A stretch of DNA of 64,000 bases from Octopus vulgaris. Its lineage: Eukaryota. The stretch is from positions 34,472,001-34,536,000 of the forward strand of contig OX597822.1 of NCBI GenBank assembly GCA_951406725.2. The letters run 5' to 3'. This document shows positions 1 through 14,630 of this stretch, one piece after another. Positions within the stretch are counted from its first letter, which is position 1, and every line of letters starts with the position of its first letter. The position numbers were made by a program, and so were the translations under genes. The notes under the pieces were generated by a model, which made no database searches, was not told where the DNA came from, and saw only the letters and a program-made list of their open reading frames with translations.

Positions 1-574
1 ATCCTCGGGACTTTCCAGGAAGTTTTCGACCAATTTTTCAGGAAGTTATAAAATCCTCGAAACTTCGAGGAAGTTCCCTATAAATTTTTTAGAAAGTAAT
101 GATAGTACTGCAGCCTTTCTAGAGCATCGCCTTAATGTATTTTCAATTAGGTTTTGTTGTTGCTTCTTGACTGGGATGTGGTCTATGATTGAGTTTTCTA
201 GCAGCTGTTCTCCTCGGAATACATCATCCTTGAATGGTTGACTTCTAAGGTATCGTTGAGAGTTCATCTAATGAGTTTGGGGAGGGGGGTTTTAATGTTT
301 CAGTAGAAGTCTCTTTTATATTTCTTTTAATTTACATGGGTAGTTGAACAGTTGAGGGAACTCTAAATGTCAGATTGTTACGATAGAGTATTTTAGCCCA
401 TGATTTCGAACGTAGTATATTTGCAAGCTTAGAGTATATAAATGTTCGTGCATTAAAACTCTCTTCAGTGCCGAAGGTTGGAACATGTCCCTCCACAGTT
501 CTATATTTTAGAGATGAGGAATTATATACATTATTTACATTCGATGGATATTTGTCCTCATCTTGTTTGTTGTT

Positions 575-620
575 AACACAACGTTTCGGCTGATATACTC
601 TCCAGCCTTCTTCAGGTGTC
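575..620 (-). ncRNA. Minimal type I hammerhead ribozyme motif (C3-G8)
   Basis: GACAC CUGAAGA A GGCUG-loop-CAGCC GAAAC GUU^GUGUU. Stem I GACAC/GUGUU, 5-bp stem II, loopless palindromic stem III. Confidence 0.75.
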
Positions 621-899
621 TTGTGGAAATTTCGAACCTGTGTTCTCATTCCTAATGTATTTTTCGATGCTATTATTGTTGTTGTTGTTAGTGTTCAGGT
701 CACTGCTTGGAATCGAATTTGGAATCTTGGAGTTAGTAGCCCGCGCTCTTAACCACTGCACCATATGTCCCCCAACAATTTTCCATATGAATGTGATAGT
801 ATATATTTCTCTTGGGTGCCAAGAGACTCAGCGCTTTCAGACATTCTCGGTAAATAAGACTTTTAACTGAAGGTATTTTACCAGTGAACATTCCTTGTA

Positions 900-1900
900 A
901 CCCTTCAATTTATTCTATGAGACCGGATGAATAAACTGCTCAGAACTAGGATTTTCCCTAAGTATAAAACTAACTACTGGTTCCCTTGTCATGAATGTTC
1001 GTAGGATGCAGTCTATGAGTTTGCTGCATTTAAAGGTTAGTTTGATAATATGGCTGATGGAAAATGTATCATTTGACATGATTACACCTAAGTCCTGTAT
1101 GTCATTGGTGCTCTGAATCATTATGTTACCTTGTGTCAAATATTGCGATTTGGGTGAATTCGTTTGTAATGTAGAAGCTGAAATTTTGATGTACTATTTT
1201 TTGTATTTTTTCTGGTTTAGCTCCTAGCCATCGATATTCTTTGTAATTCATTCCCTGATGTATACGACGTATTACAGGTAACTTGGAGAGAAATCCATTT
1301 GCAGTAATTGGTTGACTCCTACCGTATAGGGAGTTAAAGAACCATTCTCCGACATTTCCTGTGATACCAAGATTTCTTAAATTATGACAGATGATTCAAT
1401 GATCAGTCTTGTCAAACGCCTTAACAATATCAAGGTTTTAACAGTCAATGATCTTTCCCCTTAAGAGATTATTAGAGGTAGTGTTATGATGCTGTAAGAA
1501 TTGTGACAGGCAACTTCGTTCAGTCCGGAACCTATACCGAGTGTCATCTAAGTTGTTTTCCTCCAGGTATGTTATTACTTTTTGTCTTCGGACAAGGCAT
1601 TGGATAATTTTAGACGTGTAAGACGTGAGGGAAACAGGTCTGCAATTTTTAGCTTCAGCACTGCTAACACCTTTGTACCTATATAGGTTTTATTGTAGCT
1701 TCTTTCAATAGTCTCGGGAATATGGCAGTATCTGGTGAGTTTTGAAATAGTACCTTTAATGATTTCATGAGGTGGTGGAAATTCTTCAGAAGGTTTATAG
1801 CATTATTTGATCCAGTGCAAAATTATTTACCATCCTCAGTCACAAAGCATTTTAAAAATGTTCCTAAAAAGACTACACAAGGCTGTATTCGCAATTTTTT
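900..1900 (-). mobile_element. Decayed non-LTR retrotransposon RT fragment (CR1/L2-like)
   Basis: Broken minus-strand frames contain NCRPVSLTSYTSKI, DIVKAFDKTDH and DLGVIMSND...HI...ILRTFMTRE motifs. Confidence 0.75.
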
Positions 1901-2466
1901 TGCACAGATCAAACAACTATAAATATAATCTTCCAACTTACGAAAGCTATAAAACATTTAAACTACGAAAGCAGGACTAATCTGTAATTCTTTCCTATTG
2001 ATGTTCTTTTGAGGCTTTTTTGCTTTAAGTTTTTTTATGCAAGGAATATTGTATAACTTCCTGAATTTGCCATGGTTTACCAGCTTTACATGAATGTTTA
2101 AACTGATCACATAAAGAAATATATAGTATCCAACGACCCCTTCTCTGTTTTTTTTTTCTTTGAAAGACGGTTGAGTTTGATGTGAAATAAGAGATTCAGT
2201 TGCAGTTTATCGATGCGTGGAATAACAGGATACAAACTCCATTATTGTTCTTGACTTCAGCGAGGAAGTCAAAGCAACGACATCAAAACTAGTTTTACCA
2301 TTAGCAAGCATGGCAATAACATGAAAGAATTACAAATGAATTCGTTAAAATTCAAATTATAAACAACAAACAACAAAGACAACGGTAAAAGCAATACTAC
2401 CGTAATATTAACCTTGCCACAGATGTTTCGGATTTCGTCTCCAGGTTCTTTCATGCGCTAAAATGG

Positions 2467-3230
<764 letters not shown>

Positions 3231-3483
3231 CATACATATATATGAAAGAATAATATAACACGCTAATGGAAGATATGAGGACTTAATTATTGTCAGACAA
3301 TTCCTTTTTCTGTACAGCACCACCCGATGAAGCACCCACCCACGGCTGTTGCTGAAAAATATTCAACTATATAGTAATTATAAACAATAATACTGAATGA
3401 TAATAGATGAATATAAATTTAGCAACTAAAACCTGGTGTGCGGTGCAGAAACAAATGTTATGATCTAATATTAAAGCCTGAGA

Positions 3484-4030
3484 AGGCGGCGAGCTGACAG
3501 AAACGTTAGCAGGCCGGGCGAAATGCGTAGCCGCATTTTGTCTGCCGTTACGTTCTGAGTTCAAATTCCGCCGAGGTCGACTTCGCCTTTCATCCTTTCG
3601 GGGTCGCTAAATTAAGTATCAGTTACACACTGGGGTCGATATAATCGACTTAATCCGTTTGTCTGTCCTTGTTTGTCCCCTCTGTGTTTAGCCCCTTATG
3701 GGTAGTAAGGAAATAGGTATTTCGTCTGTCTTTACGTCCTGAGTTCAAATTCCGCCGACGTCGACTTTGCTTTTCATCCTTTTGGGGTCAATTAAATAAG
3801 TACCAGTTACGCACTGGGGTCGATATAATCGACTTAATCCGTTTGTCTGTCCTTGTTTGTCCCCTCTATGTTTAGCCCCTTATGGGTAGTAAAGAAATAG
3901 GTATTTCGTCTGTCTTTATGTTCTATGTTCAAATTTCACCGACTTTGCCTTTCATTCTTTTGGGATCGATAAATTAAGTACCAGCTGCATATCGGTGTCG
4001 ATCTAATCATCTGGCCCCCTTCCTCAAAAT
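3484..4030 (+). mobile_element. tRNA-derived SINE family A, three-module copy
   Basis: Head ggcggcgagctgacagaa, B-box-like gagttcaaattcc, repeated gtcgactttgcctttcatcctttcggggtcga core. Flanked by a TSD-like pair atattaaagcctga/atattgaagcctga. Confidence 0.85.
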
Positions 4031-4618
4031 TGTGCCTAGAGTAGAAAAGTATATTGAAGCCTGATGTCGTCCATTCTTGTGTTATAATATTCTAATATTT
4101 GTGTAATAAACCCTGGAATATACCCCACTGTAGGATAACATGTGATAGCCAAATAACGGCATAAAATCTCATAAATGTACGTTACTAGATTTTTAACCGG
4201 ATTATACTATATGGCTTAATTGTTAGAGTGTTGCACTCAAGATTGTGAGATCGGGGTTTCGATCCTCAGATCAGGCATTGCGTTATGTTCTTGAGCAAAT
4301 ATACCTCATGTCTCATTGCTCTGCTATTGTTTCGTCTTCTGATTTATAGCACGTCGTGCATCCCTACAAATAACGTTCATTTTATGGAGAGAGTCAGCTA
4401 TTGTGGACACAAACATTTGATCATTATAAACAAGCGAACTGTATGGTTGTTCAGCATGAAATTGCAGGTACCTTCATATGTTGTCTAACGACGGGAGAGT
4501 CCATGGTGTGCAGAATTCGCCAGAAAAACGCCCTATATTTTCCATGTGCATTGGTATGGCGCGCTATTCACGTCAGACAGGTGGTAACGATTTTCTCATA
4601 GAGGTAGTGTTTTCAGCG

Positions 4619-4661
<43 letters not shown>

Positions 4662-4760
4662 TACTATAATACTTTAGATTGGTGTCCACTGTGGGTTTCT
4701 GTTAAAAAGTTTGTTAACGAGTACAAAGTGCGAGAGATTTTGCCGCACCATGTACATACA

Positions 4761-4801
<41 letters not shown>

Positions 4802-4869
4802 TGATGATGATCTCTTAGTTGGAGGTAGAACAATATATTTTACATCCCTGACACAAACACACTCACAGT

Positions 4870-4930
<61 letters not shown>

Positions 4931-5199
4931 ACACACATGCGCGCGCGCCGCGCGCAAGGATATTCAAAAGCATGCATATACACTCACTTGCATAAACAGA
5001 GACATGTATGTAATACGAAGACGTGGGACGTGAGCTCACAAATGAGCAAAGGGGAGTTGCTTGGTTTTGTGTCTTCTTACTTATAGAAATATATAGGTTT
5101 ACATATTTAGATAACTATTTCCAAATAGGTTCGCACACACACAAACAAATGCACAGCATACACATATCCCCACCACCACATATATACGCATATTTACAT

Positions 5200-5970
<771 letters not shown>

Positions 5971-6471
5971 TGTACTTATATGAATAGAGATGCATATATT
6001 TACAATCGCGTATGATCTTTCATGTATAATTTTAGGAATAGCATTTCAGAAATAGAGTGGTACAAATTACTAACTTCTCTGACAACCTGCTTATGAAAGC
6101 TGGAGGTTTTAGCAAAGTATAACATCTTTATGCTAGAATAAACAAGATTCGTTCAGTAATAATAAACGTATAGAATATACATATTTATATCAAAGTATCT
6201 ACAACGTCACTTGTCTTTATTTTACATTCTGTTTAGTGTTTTTACATCGAAGTATAATACAAGAGATATGAATATTTCATATGCCTTTGGGTTTTGTTGA
6301 AGTAAGTTTACGATGATTATATTCGTGTCGTATCTACGAAATATCTATTTCCGTTGTACATACATACAAACTTACATACAAACACATACATTCACCCGTA
6401 AAGAAACACATACTTACACACATACACAAGCACACACACACATACACCACATACACACTAACACACACACG

Positions 6472-6504
<33 letters not shown>

Positions 6505-6668
6505 AGATATATGTACACATATATATGTTTATGCATAAATATGTGGGTATATGAATATATGTATATCTACCTATCTATCTACCTATCTATCAATCAATCT
6601 ATGTGCATGTATGTATATGCATATATATTCACACATATACTTAAGTATAGACACACACTCATGATATG

Positions 6669-6729
<61 letters not shown>

Positions 6730-6769
6730 ATATATATACATATATCATATATGTTTTTTGTTGCTGTAA

Positions 6770-7050
6770 ATTGTTCCTTTTTCGGCCATGCCTGGCTCAT
6801 GAGGGCCGGTTTCCCGGTTTCATTACCTTATAGGTTCCCTACCTGGATGAGACGCTGGTCCGTCGCAAGTGAGTGCCAAGTGCAGGAGGAAAGATTTAAA
6901 GAAAGTTGTGGCGAAAGAGTCAGAAGAAGTTCGCCATAACCTTCTGCCGGAGCCGCGTGGAGCTTAGGCGTTTCTGTCTGAAATTCGAAGCCGAGATCCC
7001 TCGACCGCGAGTCCGCTGCTCTCTAGCCACTAAGCCATGTGCCTCCACTG
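6770..7050 (-). mobile_element. tRNA-derived SINE family C
   Basis: Head tggcttagtggctagagagcagcggactcgcgg...ttcgaatt; shares ctctttcgccacaactttc with 38375-38660. Confidence 0.65.
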
Positions 7051-7135
<85 letters not shown>

Positions 7136-7553
7136 GGCGTAGGAATGGCTGTGTGGTACGTAGTTTGCTTACAAACCACATGGTTCCAGGTTCAGTCCCA
7201 CTGCGTGGCACCTTGGGCATGTGTCTTCTATTATAAGCCTCGGGCCCACTAAAGGCTTGTGTGTGGATTTGGTAGACGGAAACTAAAAGAAGCCCGTCGT
7301 ATATATGCATATATATATATGTATGTGTGTGTGTATATGTTTGTGTGTCTGTGTTTGTCCCCCCCCACAACATCGTTTGACAACCGATGCTGGTGTGTTT
7401 ACGTCCCCGTAATTTAGCGCTTTGGTTCGGCAAAAGAGACCGATAGAATAAGAACTAGGCTTACAAAGAATAAGTCCTGGGGTCGATTTGCTCGACTAAA
7501 GTCGGTGCTGCAGCATGGCCACAGTCACATGACTGAAACAAGTAAAAGAGTAA
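7136..7553 (+). mobile_element. CORE-like SINE family B with internal microsatellite
   Basis: tggctgtgtggta...ggttcagtccc A/B boxes, CORE-like caccttgggca, central (TA)/(TG) tract and conserved 3' half. Confidence 0.85.
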
Positions 7554-7981
7554 AGAGTATATATATATATATTTACGGAAATGTAAATTCGCAGACATAC
7601 ACGCACTCATGTACAAATAGACATGCATATGTATATGTGATTTTAAGCACGTATGTACACGGACAATTTGCCACTAAAATACGCACATATTCATACTCAC
7701 ACGCTCCTACCTACATACCAATGTATGTATACCCATATTGTATTTACACCCATATACATACATATTTATAAATCTGCTACAGATCATTGAATCAACAATT
7801 TTCTTTATAGAAAAGATAATATTTTCTGGAAATTTCAGCTATCACGTTATTTCGCTTTATACGTTAGTGACATTTGACATCAATAAGTCATTTGCATTCG
7901 ACATCTCAGACGTCTGACAGGAATTAAAATATTATTGTAATATTGTAAAATGGCATTAGCACATTGTTGAGATCAACTAGC

Positions 7982-8035
<54 letters not shown>

Positions 8036-8151
8036 CTAATATACACAATGCATGCTTTTATGAGCTATTAATAATTTCATATGTTGAGAACTACCTCAAA
8101 CATATTCAACAGGCACATATCACAAAGAACTAGAAATAATATTATATTATA

Positions 8152-8240
<89 letters not shown>

Positions 8241-8507
8241 TATATATATATGCATATATATATGCATATATATATATGCATATATATATATACATATATA
8301 TATGCATATATACATACATATATATATGCATATATATACATATATATATGCATATATATATACATATATATATGTATATGTATATATAAATAAATCATAT
8401 GTATATATATTATATAACATACACACATATATATCTACATACATTCATAGATACATATATACATACCTATTCTTAAAGTTTTCTATAGCTTCAGTAGCAT
8501 ATGATAA

Positions 8508-8647
<140 letters not shown>

Positions 8648-9132
8648 TACTGAAGCTACACAAAGTACGAAGCATTCCGAATTTAAAAGGCGTTCAAACG
8701 TGTATGAATGGTGGTAGTAATCATAAAGAATTTTTTTATCAAGATATATTGGAAGTGAGCAAGAAAATATATTCAATGTCTTTTGTATGATCGTAGTAGA
8801 TAATAAAAATTGGAAAAGTAGTAGGGTCGGATAGGATATGAATCAGTGTGGCTAAGAGAAGAGATAAGCAGTTGCGTTCCATGTATATTTATGTTAGTTT
8901 TTAGTGCTCTTTTTCTTTGGATAGGTACCAAGCTGGAGCAAGACCTTAGAAGATTTTAGTCTATCATGTAGATAGATCCCGGCATTCGTTTCAATTTGAT
9001 AACTATTTTATTGAACTTTATCACGAACCACTATGTTATGGAATTTAACGTGAGAGATACAAACCCATCATTTATTAACGCTGGTTCATGATGTAAATAT
9101 AAACAAACACATACATATATGCATAACACACA

Positions 9133-9520
9133 CGTGGCTGTGTGGTAAGTAGCTTGATTACCAACCACATGGTTCTGGGTTCAGTCCCACTGCGTGACAC
9201 CTTGGGCAAGTGTCTTCTACTATAGCCTCGGGCCGACCAAAAACTTGTGAGTGGATTTGGTAGACGGAAACTGAAGGAATCCCGTTGTATATATGTATGT
9301 GTGTGTGTATATGTTTGTGTGTCTTTGTTTGTCCCCCAACATCACTTGACAACCGACGGTAGTGTGTTTACGTCCCCGTAACTTAGCGATTCGGCAAAAG
9401 AGACCGATAGAATAAGCTTACAAAGAATAAGTCCTGGGGTCGATTTGGTCGACTAAAGGCGGTGCTCCAGCATGGCTGCAGTCAAATGACTGACACACGT
9501 AAGAGAAAGTAAGAGAGTTA
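9133..9520 (+). mobile_element. SINE family B
   Basis: Near full-length paralog of 7136-7553. Confidence 0.85.
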
Positions 9521-10137
9521 CTTATTTATATATAAAGGGTAAAATATTCACCCTTCAAAAGTTGATGTTGCGTTAGCACACACAAATGCTGCGATATGTA
9601 CCAAGAGAGATAAACTCTCATCCGGTTTTACGGTGCATAAAAGCACATCGTAACTATTGCCAGCGTCAGAGGATCACTACTTCTGCCATGACTACCAGAT
9701 CATGTGATTCCGGCCTCTTTTGGCCTGTAGGTATATACATATATATATACACATGTAAACGCACGTGCACATATGTCTTTTATGGTCCTGCTTAAAAAAC
9801 AGCATAAAAACATGGAAAAGGCAATCTAGGTTAAAGTCTTGAATTGATAGAGTGAGTATATTTAATTACTTTTACAAAACTAGTCCTGTCTCATTCATTT
9901 TTTAAATCATATATATTATCGCTGGCCCCTCGTTATCGAGTATGACCATTGCACGAAGCTTAACTGATATTGGTGCTGTGATAGAATGTGACTTTTTAGC
10001 CCAGCCAAAGATCTACAATGTCTTGTAGAGAATTGGCAACTAAAACCTTTACTGGTAATAGCCGGCTGTAGTTGTAACTGGGCTTCATGTACCTTTGCAT
10101 GTCGGTTAAGTCCTCCTGCCGAATTACACTCGCTTCC

Positions 10138-10214
<77 letters not shown>

Positions 10215-10215
<1 letters not shown>

Positions 10216-11375
10216 TAGCAGAGATACCCGGCGCTGCCCGTGTTACATGCTATTGAATAATTAGAATTTTTTGCTATATTTTCTCTAATGAACTGAAATA
10301 TCTATGTTTCGAATTTCATAAAAATTGCAGATGAGGGTTATTTCCCTCTTTACACACCCTAACAAAATTGTAATCGTGCCACATGTATCCCATACTACTG
10401 ATTTTTATGCGCATATTCCAAAATTCCAGTCTTATTGAACCTGTTAAAAAGATTTTGCTCCTGAAAAATGAAGGTCATGGAGCTCTAAGATGTGAGAGTT
10501 AAGGCCCCTGTTGGGGGTGGGGATCTTAATGTCAACCAGAGAAGTTGAATTGTTGAGAATCTTTTTAACTTGGGTCTTATATCTATTGTTTGAATTTCTT
10601 TAAAATAGGAAATGTATGTTCAGTGGGTTTGTAAAAGAGAGCAAAGCTACAGGAAACCAAAAGACGAATGATCACAATATGCTGTGAGCTACCCAACCCT
10701 AGTCGTTACCACTCCCAATGTAGGATTACTCACCATCCAGGTGACAGGTACAGCCGTAAGATGCATTACGAATCTATAGCAATTGGAAGGGCGTGACCCA
10801 ACTGAAATAAACATTAACAACTGTATAATGTGAGGTCTAAGGAGAAATTAAAGTGTCACCTCTGGAGTTTGCAGATGAACACTATACTGATTCGTAACTG
10901 TACAGAATAAATTTACAATCTATAAATGTCTTTGAATAACTAGTCACTTATCTAGGAAGGCCTTGAAATCAATGTTACCATCTGGGGACTATGTGGGACC
11001 CAGTGATAATAAAAAGACTGAAAGGAGGTCAGCAATCAAATAACTTTACTCAATACTTTGCAACTGAATCAGTGGAGGCAAAGATGCCTCTCATTTACTC
11101 GACAATTTATGCACCACATTGCAGAAATCACAATGTAAGTGTATGTCAAAGCAAACTCTTACACTGTTGTACCATTGAATTAGAAATACTGCCCAACTTT
11201 TATGCTCGGGTAACCCTACAACTTCCAAGAGCATAACTGTATTCGTCTTTGCTTAGATAAAATGACAAAACTGTGGGTGTTAAGTTCCCATGGAGGGGTC
11301 TTTCTAATTTGTAAGATGAAATTTTATAAATATTACTTCATTTGTGTGTAATATCTATGGTTAAAATTTCATCAA
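10215..11375 (-). mobile_element. Non-autonomous Helitron-like element (5' boundary uncertain)
   Basis: Minus-strand 3' end gtaacacgggcagcgccgggtatctctgCTAG|T is almost identical to the Helitron end at 62381-62411. An internal atatcta..g...aatttc motif occurs three times. Confidence 0.65.
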
Positions 11376-11665
11376 CAGCAGAAAATCGACCCCAAGACTT
11401 ATTCTTTGTAAGCATAGTACTTATTCTATCGGGCACTTAAACCGAACCGCTAAGTTAGGTGGACATAAACACACCAAGGTCAGGTGTCAGGCGACTGTAG
11501 CGGGGGAGACAGGCAGACACACACACACACACACGTGCACATATATATGTACAACAGGCTTCACTCTGACTCCAACTACCAAATCCACTTTTATGCCAAG
11601 ACAAAAACAATGTACATGATAAGGCTTCCAATCAGTTAAGATCAGGAGCCTAGAGAGCCACTACC

Positions 11666-11748
<83 letters not shown>

Positions 11749-12269
11749 TAATTGTTGCTGCCATCATCATCGCCGTCGTCATTATTGTCATGATGATCAT
11801 CATCATCATACGATCATCGTCATCATCACCATTACCACCACCACCACCACCACCATCACCACTACCACCATCATCATCATCATCCAGCCAACCATTAAAT
11901 TGAGAAACGACTGCATAATTCAAATTTAATATAGAACACATTAAAAAGAATAGGTTTAATGCATAAATAACGGATGATAAACATTTAAGCGAGGGATGGA
12001 CAGAAATAAGTTAAAAGAAAAGAAATGAGGAAATGAATGAAGCTATATAAATACATTATGAGTGATAGATAAGTCGATGAATAAATGAAAATAGATTAAT
12101 TTTTAGTTATGAATTCATTTTCTTTATCAAATTATCTGCTCTTTATATTAGTTTACCTGACCCTGATGGAAGTGTTCATTATGCATTAAAACTTTCATAA
12201 TATTTATATTACAGAATTATACTCAATCTAATGACTCGGTATTTCTCACTGGATAGTGATGCAGACGAC

Positions 12270-13096
12270 GATAACGACGATGATGATGATGAGGTGGAGG
12301 AGAGGGAATGTGGTGATGATGATGAGGTGGAGGAGGAGAAATATGATGATGATGATGAGGTGGAGGAGGGGGAATATTATGATGATGATGAGGTGGAGGA
12401 GGAGGAATATGATGATGATGATGAGGTGGAGGAGGAGAAATATAATGATGATGATGAGGTGGAGGAGGGGGAATATTATGATGATGATGAGGTGGAGGAG
12501 GAGGAATATGATGATGATGATGAGGAGGTGGAGGAGGAATATGATGATGATGATGAGGTGGAGGAGAGGAATATGATGATGATGATGAGGTGGAGGAGAG
12601 GAATATGATGATGATGATGTGGAGGAGAGGAATATGATGATGATGATGATGAGGTGGAGGAGGAGGAATATGATGATGATTATGAGGTGGAGGACGAGGA
12701 ATATGATGATGAGGTGGAGGAGGAGGAATATTATGATGATGATGAGGTGGAGGATGAGGAATGTGGTGATGATGAAGATGATGATGATGAGGTGGAGTAG
12801 GAGGAGAAATGTGGTGATGATAATGATGATGAGGTGGAGTAGGAGGAGGAATATGGTGATGATGATGATGATGGTGATGATGATGGTGATGATGATGAGG
12901 TGGAGGAGGAGGAATATGAGGATGATGAGGTGGAAGAGGAGGAATATGGTGGTGGTGATGATGATGATGATGAGGTGGAGGAGGAATATGGTGATGATGA
13001 TGATGATGATGATGAGGTGGAGGAGGAATATGGTGATGATGAAGATGATGATGAGGTGGAGGAGGAGGAATATGATGATGATAATAGTAATAACAA

Positions 13097-13148
<52 letters not shown>

Positions 13149-13150
13149 TG
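12270..13150. repeat. Purine-rich minisatellite, unit of about 30-36 bp (GAT)nGAGGTGGAGGAGGAGGAATAT, followed by (TAG)n
   Basis: About 25 variant units visible. Confidence 0.95.
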
Positions 13151-14486
13151 TTGTTGCTGTTGTCGTTGTAATGTTTGCCAGAAGGGCAGCCATTTAGTGG
13201 GAGAGGATGAGTCGAATACATTGTCCTCAATGTTTCACTGGTACTTAATTTATTGACCCAGAAAAGTCGACATCGGTAGAATTTGAACTCAGAATCTAGC
13301 CGCAGGCGAAACACCACCAAGCATTTCATCCAGCGTGCTAACGATTCTACAAGCTCGCCATTAATACATGGCCTGATTCCTTGATGTGAACCAAACAGTG
13401 ACTCTCATGACTTCTGATCTTAAATGATTGGAAGTGTTATCATGTACATTGTTTTGTCTTTGTATAAAAGATGGGCTGCAGCAAATATTCTGCTCAATAC
13501 CACAGATTTGCTTGTCAGTTGTTTGACCTTAACCAATTGAGCAAATACATTAGTGGCTGATGATGTGTGCATCTCTGATCACGAACTGAAGTAGTGGGGG
13601 AGCATCATAGCCATGTATGGAGAGGAATTCTTTGGGGTTTGAATAATTCCCCTCTGGAAACATGGGTGTTTCGTTCAACATCCTTCAACAATCCTTATTC
13701 AGGGACCTTTTTGAGTGGGATGGGCTACTCGAACTGAAGAAAAATAAAACTGCGCCCCACCTGCGAGGTCATGCGTTTTTTTTTTATCGTGATATAAGAT
13801 CACCATACCATATACTTATGGCTGTGATGCAGGTGCCTGGTATACTCTTATCAGATGGGCAATCATGATGGGTATATTGGGCTTCGTATATTTGTACTCC
13901 AGTGTCACTTTGATGGCATGCGCTGCTTTTCACTCAATAATAATAATAATAACCTCGCTAAAGTTTTTTAAAAAATGGTGCTGACAAGGATTTTAAAACA
14001 ACTGGGGATAATTTGTTCCATTAAAAGAACCATTGAAAGAGATGTCCCATCATGGCTGCCAGAGAATGACAAACAAGGAAAAGATAAAAAATAAGTTTCT
14101 CTTTTCTATTCTATTTTTCTTGAATCCGAAAGTCTTCTCCAATTTAATAGCATTGTTGGATTTCTCTGGATAAAACTGTCTCCCTCGACGCTTTCTACTT
14201 TTTAAGTGGCAGCCATATTGTATCCATCCTCTATACTAGCGAGCCGTATGCCAACCACCACTCTTTATCCCAAATAAGTCAGCACTTAGCGATGAGCCAA
14301 CTGACATAAGAGGCCTTCAAATGAAACCCAATGCTCTGTATTTAAACCTACATTGGCAAACATACAGATACAAATAAACCTCATAACTGCAATTCTAATA
14401 TTAAAATATTCACACGCCAACTCTAAGGTAAAGGTAACAGAACTAAGAGGCATTATTTCAATTTAATTGTTTTTCATGCTTTACTC

Positions 14487-14524
14487 TAAGTTGAAAAAGT
14501 CGCAAAGACTGAAACCGGTACTAA
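14487..14524 (+). ncRNA. Hammerhead motif, U3-A8 core variant
   Basis: UAAG UUGAAAA AGUC-GCAAA-GACU GAAAC CG GUA^CUAA; stem I is imperfect. Confidence 0.55.
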
Positions 14525-14596
14525 AATGTTCATGATAAAATTATTTTAGCATTTTCTACCTTGTCTAATTTGCCTTATATCTATATATATATTTAT

Positions 14597-14630
<34 letters not shown>

